Program-made: the position numbers and the translations under genes
Part shown: piece by piece, positions 10,188 through 19,036 of the stretch
Layout: the number at the start of each line of letters is the position of its first letter
Numbering within the stretch: position 1 is the stretch's first letter
Notes under the pieces: generated by a model
Databases searched by the model: none
Seen by the model: the letters and a program-made list of their open reading frames with translations, nothing else
Told to the model about the DNA's origin: nothing
Origin: an uncultured delta proteobacterium
Lineage (GTDB): Bacteria > Desulfobacterota > Binatia > UBA9968
Length of the DNA stretch: 64,000 nt
NCBI GenBank assembly: GCA_963755715.1
Contig: CAVWLW010000014.1
Coordinates: 29,759-93,758 of the forward strand
Direction of reading: 5' to 3'

Positions 10188-11519
10188 ATGCAGGAGCTTT
10201 CTCGCGTAGTCATTGTCGGCGGGGGCTTCGGCGGTCTTTCCGCCGCTCAGTCTCTAAAGCACGCGCCCGTTCGCGTCACTTTAGTTGACAGGCGCAACTT
10301 TCACTTGTTTCAACCATTGCTCTATCAGGTGGCAACCGGATGGCTCTCACCCGCGAACATCGCCTCAACGCTGCGCACGGCCCTCAGGCACCAAGAAAAC
10401 GCGCGAGTTATACTCGGGGAGGTCGTCGACGTCGACATCGAGCGGCAGCAGGTCGTGCTGTGCGATGGTCGGATCGATTACGACACACTCGTGCTCGCAA
10501 CCGGTTCGAGCCATCACTATTTCGGCAACGAGAGCTGGCGGACGCTCGCTCCTGGTCTGAAGACCGTCGAAGACGCCACGGAAATCCGCCGCCGCATCTT
10601 TCTCGCCTTCGAAACCGCCGAACGAGAGTCCGATCCTGCCAAGCTCGATGCCCTGCTGACCTTCGCGATCGTCGGCGGTGGACCGACCGGCGTAGAGCTC
10701 GCCGGCGCCTTGGGCGAGATCGCGCACGACACTCTTACCCATGATTTTCGCAACATCGATCCGACCAAAACTAGAATTCACTTGTTCGAAGGGGGCGAGC
10801 GCATTCTGCCGACTTATGCTGCGGAGCTTTCGGTAAAGGCAGCGGCTGGTCTCAATCGGCTTGGGGTCAGCGTGCATGAAAAAGCTATCGTCAGCGAAAT
10901 CACGCCCGAAGCGGTGACGATTAAGCGGGGCGAAACCGTCGAGCGCATCGCGTGCCGCACGGTGATTTGGGCGGCGGGAGTTCAGGCATCGCCGCTCGGT
11001 CAAAGGCTGGCCGCCCGCATTGGAGCAAAAATCGATCGCGCCGGCCGGTTGATGGTCGAACGGGATCTAACGATTGCCGGCCATCCCGAGCTATTTGTCA
11101 TCGGGGATCTGGCCAATTGCTCGCAACAAACCGGCAAGCCTCTGGCCGGCGTCGCTCCGGTCGCGATACAGGAAGGCCGCTATATCGCTCGGGTCATCAT
11201 CGCCAGGATCAAAAAAAAACCGGTCGCGCCTTTTCACTATCGGGATCGCGGCTCGATGGCGATCATCGGGCGCGCCTCGGCGGTGGCTGAGATTGGACGA
11301 CTGCATTTTTCGGGGTATCTCGCCTGGCTCGCCTGGCTGTTCGTCCACATCGTCGAGTTGGTCGAGTTCGAAAATAAAATTCTCGTGCTGGTTCAATGGG
11401 GTTGGTATTATTTCAGCCGCAACCGCGCGGCTCGGCTGATCACCCGCACGGCCGTGCCTGCCGACGCCGAACTCGAGCGCGATAAAATGACGGGCTCCGG
11501 CGCAAACGTGAGGTGTTAA
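10188..11519 (+). CDS. ndh: Type II NADH dehydrogenase
   Basis: VVIVGGGFGGL, HLFQPLLYQVATG, IVGGGPTGVELAG, VIGDLA, YRDRGSMAIIGR. Confidence 0.93.
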   Translation: MQELSRVVIVGGGFGGLSAAQSLKHAPVRVTLVDRRNFHLFQPLLYQVATGWLSPANIASTLRTALRHQENARVILGEVVDVDIERQQVVLCDGRIDYDTLVLATGSSHHYFGNESWRTLAPGLKTVEDATEIRRRIFLAFETAERESDPAKLDALLTFAIVGGGPTGVELAGALGEIAHDTLTHDFRNIDPTKTRIHLFEGGERILPTYAAELSVKAAAGLNRLGVSVHEKAIVSEITPEAVTIKRGETVERIACRTVIWAAGVQASPLGQRLAARIGAKIDRAGRLMVERDLTIAGHPELFVIGDLANCSQQTGKPLAGVAPVAIQEGRYIARVIIARIKKKPVAPFHYRDRGSMAIIGRASAVAEIGRLHFSGYLAWLAWLFVHIVELVEFENKILVLVQWGWYYFSRNRAARLITRTAVPADAELERDKMTGSGANVRC

Positions 11520-11694
11520 TTTTTGTGTTCTCAAACCGCGAGGTCAATTGTTTAGGGTTCTTCTTTGCCGACGGAGTAGGCTTGGCAAGTTAACAAGCCC
11601 GAATGGGCCTGTTTGAAGAAGGATGCATTATTTTCTAACCAGCTAGAATTGTGCGAATCGCGATTTGGCTCACGTTTTGCGCTACAATATCTGC

Positions 11695-12048
11695 ATGGGA
11701 CAGGCAACGCCGAACACTGATGCCGGTGTAAAAGCCGAAGAACAGGTCGAGAAGCTGGTCGCGGAAATCAGTCGGGTGATTCGCGCAGCTGAGCCGGAGA
11801 AACGGGCCGGGCTAAAGGAACTGGCCGAGACACTCTTGCATGAAGAAGTCTCGACGCTCACTGAAGAGCCACGACAGGTCGAAGACGCGCCTAGTCGTTC
11901 GAGTGCAAATCCCCTCGCGGCCGGGATACTTTTAGGAATTTTGGGTTTAGGGCTGCTCCTCATCATTCCGCTCGTGGGTGCGACGCTCACGGTCATCGGC
12001 CTGATATTGGTCATCTGGGGCGGCATCATTAGTTGGTCTAAGAAATAG
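11695..12048 (+). CDS. Hypothetical membrane protein (2 C-terminal TM helices)
   Basis: Charged helical N-terminus followed by two hydrophobic segments. Confidence 0.6.
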   Translation: MGQATPNTDAGVKAEEQVEKLVAEISRVIRAAEPEKRAGLKELAETLLHEEVSTLTEEPRQVEDAPSRSSANPLAAGILLGILGLGLLLIIPLVGATLTVIGLILVIWGGIISWSKK

Positions 12049-12151
12049 CATTCGCACTTCTTGAGACGAGCGACCTAGCGCCTGGCAGCTTTTTTCACCG
12101 ATCCGCAAAGCGGATGCTACGAGCGCGCTTTGGCCACCGAAGCAATTTCGT

Positions 12152-13864
12152 CTAACGCGGATTGAAATCACTCAGCACGAGGTCGATTACCGTCAGCTTA
12201 TGCTCGGCTTCGTGTTTGAGCGCTTGTTCGACCGCGGCTTTGATTTCACTCGGATCGCTGACCCGGTAGCCGTAGCCGCCGTGAGCTTTGGCGTAGTGTT
12301 GATAATCGGGTCTCGGCCCGATCTCCGCGCCGAAATGAACGCCGGTTTTTTTCGCCGAGCCCGCGGGAAAATATTTTATCAAGCTCGTCTCCATCGACAG
12401 ATAGCGTCCGTTGTTAAAAATCACGGCATGGATCGGCAAGCCGTATTCTTGCGCGACGCCGAGACAAGAGGGCACCGCGTTGTAGTGAAAGGCGCCGTCG
12501 CCGATCAACGTGAACACCGGGCGATCGGGCAGCGCCAGCTTGACACCCAGAGCGTAACTTAGACCGACTCCTAACCCGCCGGTGATGCGCGCGAAATACG
12601 ATTGGGTTTGGTTGCGTGGAATCGTTTCCTGAATCAGGCCGCGATAAACGGTGGTCTCTTCTGAAATGACCGCATTTTTCGGCATCGCTTCGCTGAGCGC
12701 GTGACAGGCCCAGCGCGGATCGATCGGTGTCTCGTGTGCGTGTTTCTGCGCTTCCTCTTTCAGTTTGCCAAAGTAACTATCGTGTTGCGCGCTGGTGCGC
12801 GCCAGGCGCTGTTCGTACACGGAGCGATTGGCGGCGACCTGTTCCGACGCTTTGGCTTTCTTGACGAGCTTTGCGAGCGTCGACGCCGGCGGCGCGACCA
12901 GGGCGAGATCGACGTTATAACCCCAATAGGGCAGGCGCGAGTTGGGAAACTCCTCCGTGATGGCAATGATCTTGGCGTTTTTTGGCGCTTTACTTGCCGG
13001 ATACCAAGGAGTGACGGCGTCGACCATGAGAATTAAATCTGCGGCGTCGACGAGCTTTGGATCGTGGTGCAAATAAAGCGGATGGTTGGTCGGAAAATTC
13101 ATGAACGCGGGGCGGTAAGTTTCCATCACCGGAATGGCCATCAATTCGCAAAGCTCAATCAGCCGCTCCACCGCACGCGGATCGCCGCCCACGTGTTCGG
13201 TTAACGCCACCGGATTTTTCGCGGCGGCGATGAGATTCAGCGTTTGGTCGATAGCGTCATCGCCGACTTCGTGGGCGCGCACCACTTCATTCGATTTTTG
13301 GTGATCGGTGAAATTGACTTCTTCCATCATGCATTCGAATGGAATGCCTATAAGCACCGGCCCCGCCGGCGGTTCCACGGCGATGCGCACGGCGCGCTCG
13401 ATGGTCGAGGCCAAAAGCTCTGCGGACATGACGCGATCGGCCCACTTGACGCAGCCGCGCAACAAGTCGGGCGAGCCGCCGAGGTCGGTGAGATCGTGCA
13501 GCCACTGGCCGCCGGGATCGGCGACTTTGGTATTTTCGCCGTAGGCGGCGACCTCGCCGCTGATAATGACCATCGGCGTGCGCTCTTGCAGCGCGGCGCG
13601 CAAAGTCATTGCGGCATTGAGCGGGCCGGCGGTGGCGTGAAGCATGACCACTTGGGGTCGATTGGTAACTTTCGTGTAGCCCGCGGCCATGGCGACGGCG
13701 ACGGCTTCATGCCGGCAGTTGATATATTTCGGGTTCTTTGCGCCGCGCGCGGCGGCCTCAGCCAAGGCTTCCCACACCGGCGGCCACTCCGAGCCGGGGG
13801 AGGATAAAATAAAATCGACGCCGCTCCGTTCGATCGCTTTCAATATCGCTTGTCCGCCGTGCAT
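12152..13864 (-). CDS. Thiamine pyrophosphate-binding enzyme (acetolactate synthase / benzoylformate decarboxylase-like)
   Basis: MHGGQAIL start with AAGGAG RBS, CRHEAVAVAMAAGY, and the GDGAFHY...NN TPP motif. Confidence 0.92.
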   Translation of the reverse strand: MHGGQAILKAIERSGVDFILSSPGSEWPPVWEALAEAAARGAKNPKYINCRHEAVAVAMAAGYTKVTNRPQVVMLHATAGPLNAAMTLRAALQERTPMVIISGEVAAYGENTKVADPGGQWLHDLTDLGGSPDLLRGCVKWADRVMSAELLASTIERAVRIAVEPPAGPVLIGIPFECMMEEVNFTDHQKSNEVVRAHEVGDDAIDQTLNLIAAAKNPVALTEHVGGDPRAVERLIELCELMAIPVMETYRPAFMNFPTNHPLYLHHDPKLVDAADLILMVDAVTPWYPASKAPKNAKIIAITEEFPNSRLPYWGYNVDLALVAPPASTLAKLVKKAKASEQVAANRSVYEQRLARTSAQHDSYFGKLKEEAQKHAHETPIDPRWACHALSEAMPKNAVISEETTVYRGLIQETIPRNQTQSYFARITGGLGVGLSYALGVKLALPDRPVFTLIGDGAFHYNAVPSCLGVAQEYGLPIHAVIFNNGRYLSMETSLIKYFPAGSAKKTGVHFGAEIGPRPDYQHYAKAHGGYGYRVSDPSEIKAAVEQALKHEAEHKLTVIDLVLSDFNPR

Positions 13865-13948
13865 GACAGTCTCCTTTGATATTGTAATTGGTAGTGTTGC
13901 CATAAACCCCGAATTCGCTGCGCTGCACCGGGCACGGAGGTCATCAAG

Positions 13949-14078
13949 AAGATCCGAAATCCGAATATCGAAATCGAAACAATTTCCAAAATTCAAAACC
14001 AAGTCCGAGTCAAGTTCGTTTAAACATTCTGTCTTTTTCATTCGATATTGTTTCGAGTTGAATTCGTGTATCGAATTT
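13949..14078. repeat. Intergenic inverted heptamer-array element (AAATCCG family)
   Basis: ATCCGAAATCCGAATATCGAAATCGAAACAAT...ATTGTTTCGAGTTGAATTCGTGTATCGAATTT; similar to 44882-45024. Confidence 0.7.
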
Positions 14079-14082
14079 ACGC

Positions 14083-15118
14083 TTATCGTGGTAGCTCTTT
14101 TTCTCATCTCGGCCATAAAGCCGCTCGCTTCCAAGTTCTGTATTACGGATGAGACGATCACCTGATCGAGATCGACTTCTTGGACTTTAGGATTGATGCG
14201 TGCCACCAGGCGCCGCACCGTTTTCCAGGAGTCGACGTTGAGTCCGACTTCAATGTTGGGCATCTGCAGTTGCGCTGTGCGCGCCGAACTTTCGCCGTCT
14301 TCGTCTTTGGCCAAGCGGAGGTTTCTTTTGAGTATCGCCGCGACCTCACGCCGGTTGGCGGGCTCGAGAATATAAATCAAGGATTCGATCAAGCCTTTGG
14401 TCAGAGCGATATGAGTCTCAGGCGTGACGGTGCTGGAATCTTTCAATGCGCACATGACCGTCGCTTGATAAACGACTTTCAGAGCGCCGACATCAGCCAG
14501 GGATCTCGCGCCTGCGCGCTTGGCGATGTCGGCGTAGCTGTATGGCAAAACCGCGGCATCGATATTTCCGCTAAGGAGCGCCTGAGTCTGCGTGCCGGTG
14601 TCGCCGATGACACGCATGTTGAGTTTGTACTTGTCGGGATCGAGGCCGAGTGCATCGAGCGCCACCATGGTGGACAACCAGGCGCCGCCACCGATGCTCT
14701 GCACGCCGAACGACTTGCCGCGCAGGTCTTCAGTAGATTCGATCCCCTTACGCACGATCAGCTCGCGCGACAGCCGGTTATTGCCGGCGGCGAAACAACC
14801 GAGCTTCATGCCGGCCGCCGTCGAACTGAGGGCGCTGCTCGGCGCCGCCCAGACGAGAGACGCGCCGCCGGTTGCCAGGGTCGCCATCATGATCTGACCA
14901 CTGCGCGTCTGCAGGACCTGAGCATCGACGCCGTATTTTCTAAAGAGGCCTTTCTCCACGCCGACCCACATGGGCGCCATGGTCTCGTTGAAGCCGCCGT
15001 AGGCGATCAACACCGGGCCAGCGCCATGCAATTTGCCGATGAGCAGAGGAAGGGCAAGGAGTAAACCGCAAGAGAAGAGTAGGCGTTGCAGCAGCCCCAT
15101 CCGATCGATTCCTTTCAA
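14083..15118 (-). CDS. ABC substrate-binding protein, NitT/TauT family
   Basis: PMWVGVEKGLFRKYGVD, DLRGKSFGVQSIG. The real end ...MRKELPR* is restored by removing one base. Confidence 0.85.
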
Positions 15119-15279
15119 TGTGATTCTCGGCTGCTACTACCACACCCGCCTGCGTTTGCACAGGCCGGCTTGAAACAGCCAACGATGACGGCGCCGATCA
15201 TGTTCGAGGTTTGCCATTGACAACGACGGTGTCGGTCGGCATATGATTTCGTCGCCTGAATTATTCGACGCGGATTTCA

Positions 15280-15861
15280 ATGGAGGAAGGAATGGTCAAG
15301 GGTCGCACCAGGATTTTACTCGTATTCGCGCTGATCGCGAGCATGGCGCGGATGAGCTCTGCGCAGGACACGATCCCTTTCGTGCCGTCGCCGATGCATG
15401 TCGTGCACAAGATGCTCGAAGTGGCGGAGATCAAAAGTGGCGACATTCTTTACGATATGGGTAGTGGCGATGGACGGGTGGTTATCGAAGCGGCGAAAAA
15501 ATATGGCATTCGCGGCGTCGGCGTCGACTTGAATCCGGAGCTGGTTGCCAAGGCGCGCGAGAATGCGGAGAAGGAAGGGGTCAGCAATTTGGTCGAGTTC
15601 CGCGCCCAGGACGGCTTGACCGTCGATATTTCCGAGGCGACGGTGGTGACGCTTTATATGTTCAAGTGGTTCAACAATGCTTTACGCCCGAAGCTGCAGA
15701 AACTAAAATCCGGTTCGCGCGTGATCGCTCATGATTTCGATATTGACGATTGGAAACCGAGCCGCGTCGAATACGTCAAGCCGCCGGAGGATGGCTCGGA
15801 CTACGCCGAATCGCGCACGCTGTATATTTGGAAAGTTGGGGAAACGCCGACAATCAATTGA
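15280..15861 (+). CDS. Class I SAM-dependent methyltransferase (signal-peptide-like N-terminus)
   Basis: IPFVPSP...LYDMGSGDGRVVI...GVGVDLNPELV. Confidence 0.88.
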   Translation: MEEGMVKGRTRILLVFALIASMARMSSAQDTIPFVPSPMHVVHKMLEVAEIKSGDILYDMGSGDGRVVIEAAKKYGIRGVGVDLNPELVAKARENAEKEGVSNLVEFRAQDGLTVDISEATVVTLYMFKWFNNALRPKLQKLKSGSRVIAHDFDIDDWKPSRVEYVKPPEDGSDYAESRTLYIWKVGETPTIN

Positions 15862-15877
15862 TCAGGAGGATATGAAA

Positions 15878-16741
15878 ATGACCGTCGCATACAATCCGGC
15901 AAACCGCTTCGAGATCAAATCTTGGGACACCGAGTTTCGCCGCGCGCCCAAGCGGACGCTGATGGCGCGGATCTATCAGCCACAAGGCGACGGGCCGTTT
16001 CCCGTGCTGCTCGATTTGCACGGCGGCGCCTGGAATAATCAGGACCGCACGGCCAATGTGGCGATGGACGAGGCGTTGGCGAAAAGCGGCATCCTGGTTG
16101 TAGCCATCGATTTAACTCGCGCGCCGGAGGCGCCTTATCCTGCCTCCGTCCAAGACGCCAACTACGGCGTGCGCTGGCTCAAGCACAAGGCGCGGGAGTG
16201 GGACGGAGACGCGGCAACCATCGGCGCGCTCGGCAGCTCGAGCGGCGGCCACGAAGTCGAGCTCTGCGCCATGCGGCCGCATGAGCCTTATTACGCGGTG
16301 CATAAGCTGGCGGAGGCGCCGGAGCTCGATGCGACGCTAAATTACGTCGCAACTCGCTCGCCGGTAAGCGATCCTCACGCCCGCTACTTAAACGCGGAAA
16401 AATTAGGACGGACTGAAATGGTGCAAAACAGCAAAAATTATTTCAGTCCGTGGGAAACGATTCATGAGGGCAATCCGCAGGAGATTCTCGATCGTCACGA
16501 GGCGGTGACGTTGCCGCCGCTGTTGATTATGCAGGGCGAGCTCGACGACAACGTGCGTCCGGCGGTGCAGGAAAAATTCGCCGCGTCTTACCGCGCCGCG
16601 GGCGGCGAGTGCCAGTATGAAGTGTTCGCCGGCTGCGAGCATCTATGGGTGCGCGAACCCGGTCCGCAGACTGATCGCGCCCATGAAATGGTAAAAGCGT
16701 TTATCGCACGGCAATTGAAAGCGAAACGTTTGGCGGCGTGA
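15878..16741 (+). CDS. Alpha/beta hydrolase (HSL-like esterase)
   Basis: LHGGAW, GSSSGG nucleophile motif, downstream Asp and His. RBS AGGAGG. Confidence 0.88.
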   Translation: MTVAYNPANRFEIKSWDTEFRRAPKRTLMARIYQPQGDGPFPVLLDLHGGAWNNQDRTANVAMDEALAKSGILVVAIDLTRAPEAPYPASVQDANYGVRWLKHKAREWDGDAATIGALGSSSGGHEVELCAMRPHEPYYAVHKLAEAPELDATLNYVATRSPVSDPHARYLNAEKLGRTEMVQNSKNYFSPWETIHEGNPQEILDRHEAVTLPPLLIMQGELDDNVRPAVQEKFAASYRAAGGECQYEVFAGCEHLWVREPGPQTDRAHEMVKAFIARQLKAKRLAA

Positions 16742-16852
16742 GCGCGAAATCGCTTGAGTTTTTCAGACTCAGTTTCATTTTGTTGCGAATTGCAGTTTTG
16801 GAAAATTCGGCAGGTCGTTTCATGATTCTGCACGAACCCATTTGATCGCGTC

Positions 16853-17896
16853 TTGTTTGCGGCACTTGTTTTTATTCTATTAGCGGCTTCAGGTGCACCG
16901 GGCCAAACCAAAAAGCCGACATCGCTCGCCGAGCTGGCGGCGTATATGGGGCAGGACCGCGAGCAACTTTTATTCACCGGCGCCAAGAGCGAGGGCAAGG
17001 TCGTTTGGTATACCTCGCTCGCCGGCGGTTCTTACAAAGCGATCGTCGAAGTCTTCGAAGCGAAATATCCCGGGGTCAAAGTCGAAGTCTACCGAGCGGG
17101 CGGAGCGGACCTTACCGTCCGGCTCAGCGAAGAAGCGAAGGCACGGCGCTACCTCGCCGACGCTCTCGAAACTACCGAAGAGCCGCTTGCGGCATTGCTC
17201 GAAGCCGGGATAATCGCCCCATTCAATTCGCCTTACCTGCGCAATTATCCGGAGCAAGCGCTCAAGAGGGCTGACAAAGGTCTGATCTATTGGGCCAACG
17301 CGCGCGAATCCTACGTTGGTTTCGCTTACAACAAGACCAAGCTGCCCGCTTCGGCTGTGCCGAAGAATTTCGATGGTTTGCTCAATCCGGAGCTGAAAGG
17401 GCGGATGGCGTTCGGTTCGGGCGGCACCGCGCCGGAAATTATCGGCGCGATGGTCAAGACTAAGGGTGAGGCCTTCGTCAAGAAATTGAAGGCCCAAGAG
17501 ATCCGGCTTTTTTCCATGGGCAGCTCGGCGGTTCGTGATCAAATTGCCGGCGGTGAGATCGAAGCGGCGCCGGTGATTTTCAGAACTCACGCGATCGAAG
17601 CCGCCGAAAAAGGCGCGCCCATCGAGTGGCTGCCGATGGACTTAGTGCCGGTGCATGCCGGCTCGGCGATTCTCGCGGCGCGCGCGCCGCATCCGCACGC
17701 GGCGCTGCTAATGGTCGACTTTCTGTTCAGTGCCGACGGCCAAGGCGTGCTGGAAAAATTCAAATACGGCAGCGCCGCCAAGGACTACGGTTTCAAACGC
17801 TGGTACTTTACCGCCGGTCTCAACGCCGACCAACTCGAACGTCAGGTGACTTACTGGGAAAAGCTGATGCAGGGAATCGTCAAGAAAGGCGGCTGA
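16853..17896 (+). CDS. Extracellular solute-binding protein (Fe3+/thiamine-type ABC SBP)
   Basis: GAKSEGKVVWYTSL, PKNFDGLLNPELKG, APHPHAALLMVDFLFS. Confidence 0.88.
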   Translation: MFAALVFILLAASGAPGQTKKPTSLAELAAYMGQDREQLLFTGAKSEGKVVWYTSLAGGSYKAIVEVFEAKYPGVKVEVYRAGGADLTVRLSEEAKARRYLADALETTEEPLAALLEAGIIAPFNSPYLRNYPEQALKRADKGLIYWANARESYVGFAYNKTKLPASAVPKNFDGLLNPELKGRMAFGSGGTAPEIIGAMVKTKGEAFVKKLKAQEIRLFSMGSSAVRDQIAGGEIEAAPVIFRTHAIEAAEKGAPIEWLPMDLVPVHAGSAILAARAPHPHAALLMVDFLFSADGQGVLEKFKYGSAAKDYGFKRWYFTAGLNADQLERQVTYWEKLMQGIVKKGG

Positions 17897-17943
17897 CTTG
17901 GTGGCAGTCTGCTTATAGGTGCGTTAAATCGTTCGAAACTTGC

Positions 17944-17968
17944 TCACGTCCCGGCGAACCGCCGGTGA
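17944..17968 (-). promoter_or_regulatory. SECIS-like hairpin
   Basis: Starts 11 nt after the UGA: UCA-CCGGCG-GUU-CGCCGG-GACGUGA; the loop begins with G. Confidence 0.6.
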
Positions 17969-18389
17969 TCGACCATCAGTCAGCGATCTTGTACGACTTT
18001 GATTCCTGCCTTGGCGAAGATCTCCGCCGCGGCGTCGTTGCGGATGCCCGACTGAAGCCAAACTGAATTCGGTTTCTTGGCCAGGATGTCGTCGATATGA
18101 CCGGCGACATCATGAGAGCGGCGAAAGACATCGACCATATCGATTTCGCCGGGGATGTCGGTCAGGTGGCGATAAACTTTCTCTCCGAGAATTTCTGTCG
18201 CTTCGGGATAGTAAACCGGCACCGGGACGATTTCGAAGCCTGCTTTCTTGAGATACATGCGGCACGTAGACTGACGGTTGATCGGCTTGCGCTTCGGTTT
18301 TGATGCCGAGCACCGCGATGCGTTTCGGTGGTTTGAATCAGCGCGCGAATCTCTTCGGTATTCTCGATCAGGTTGTCTTGCCAGTTCAT
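17944..18389 (-). CDS. CoA-binding protein (YccU-like), candidate selenoprotein with in-frame UGA at 17980-17982 (also frameshifted near the N-terminus)
   Basis: IDMVDVFRRS, VWLQSGIRND, then KVVQDR-UGA-LMVDHRRFAGT*. The family has DRC at this position. Confidence 0.82.
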
Positions 18390-18435
18390 TGCGCTAGTTT
18401 ACCAGATGCCGTGCGTCCGAGCGACGGCTGGATTT

Positions 18436-18840
18436 TCATGCCGGCGTGCGGCAAACGGCTTCGATGTTGTTCCCGTCCGGGTCACGGACGAAGGCGCCAT
18501 AGTAATTGGAGTGATATTGCGGTCGCAATCCTGGCGCGCCGTTGTCACGCCCGCCCGCGGTCAATGCGGCTTGATAAAATGCATCGACAAGAGCGCGGTT
18601 GTCGACGCGGAAGGCAACGTGCACTGGTACGTTGCCCGGTCTACCCTGGCTTAGCCAGAACTCGGGACTCACGCCCTGTGTGGTGGTTTCTTTCGCTCCA
18701 TAGCCGACAACGTCCGCCCTGCCAGTGACCGACGCGGGCAGTTCTTTCAGTAGAGAAATTCCCATCGCGCCCAACGCCGCTGAGTAAAAAGCTTTGCTTT
18801 TTGCCAGATCGCTGACGATGACGCCGGTGTGGTCGATCAT
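18436..18840 (-). CDS. VOC (glyoxalase/bleomycin resistance) family protein
   Basis: MIDHTGVIVSD, HVAFR, GGRDNGAPGLRP.YH.NYYGAFVRDPDGNNIEAVC. Confidence 0.9.
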   Translation of the reverse strand: MIDHTGVIVSDLAKSKAFYSAALGAMGISLLKELPASVTGRADVVGYGAKETTTQGVSPEFWLSQGRPGNVPVHVAFRVDNRALVDAFYQAALTAGGRDNGAPGLRPQYHSNYYGAFVRDPDGNNIEAVCRTPA

Positions 18841-19036
18841 AAGTAAACCTTCCGCGCATGTGACCTCAGTTTTTTCTACATCGATTATCGCGCGCTCGAC
18901 CCGAGATGCAAGAGGCTTTTACTTCGTTCCTTTAGACATAAAACCTTGACGATTGGCACGCTGGCGTAATAATTAGCCGAGCCGTTTTTTCTCTGGTTGT
19001 GCTAGACGAACGAAAACACGCAAAGGATAAAACTCC

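Noticed and set aside
11665-11680. Sigma54-like TTGGC-N-TTGC site
   Set aside because: The spacing fits, but the implied TSS falls almost on the ATG with no leader, and nothing else supports it.
12152-15118. 988-aa SBP-TPP enzyme fusion in the ORF track
   Set aside because: The linker is an intergenic heptamer repeat element. Removing one base gives the SBP a normal stop at 14083, and the TPP gene has its own RBS and ATG at 13864.
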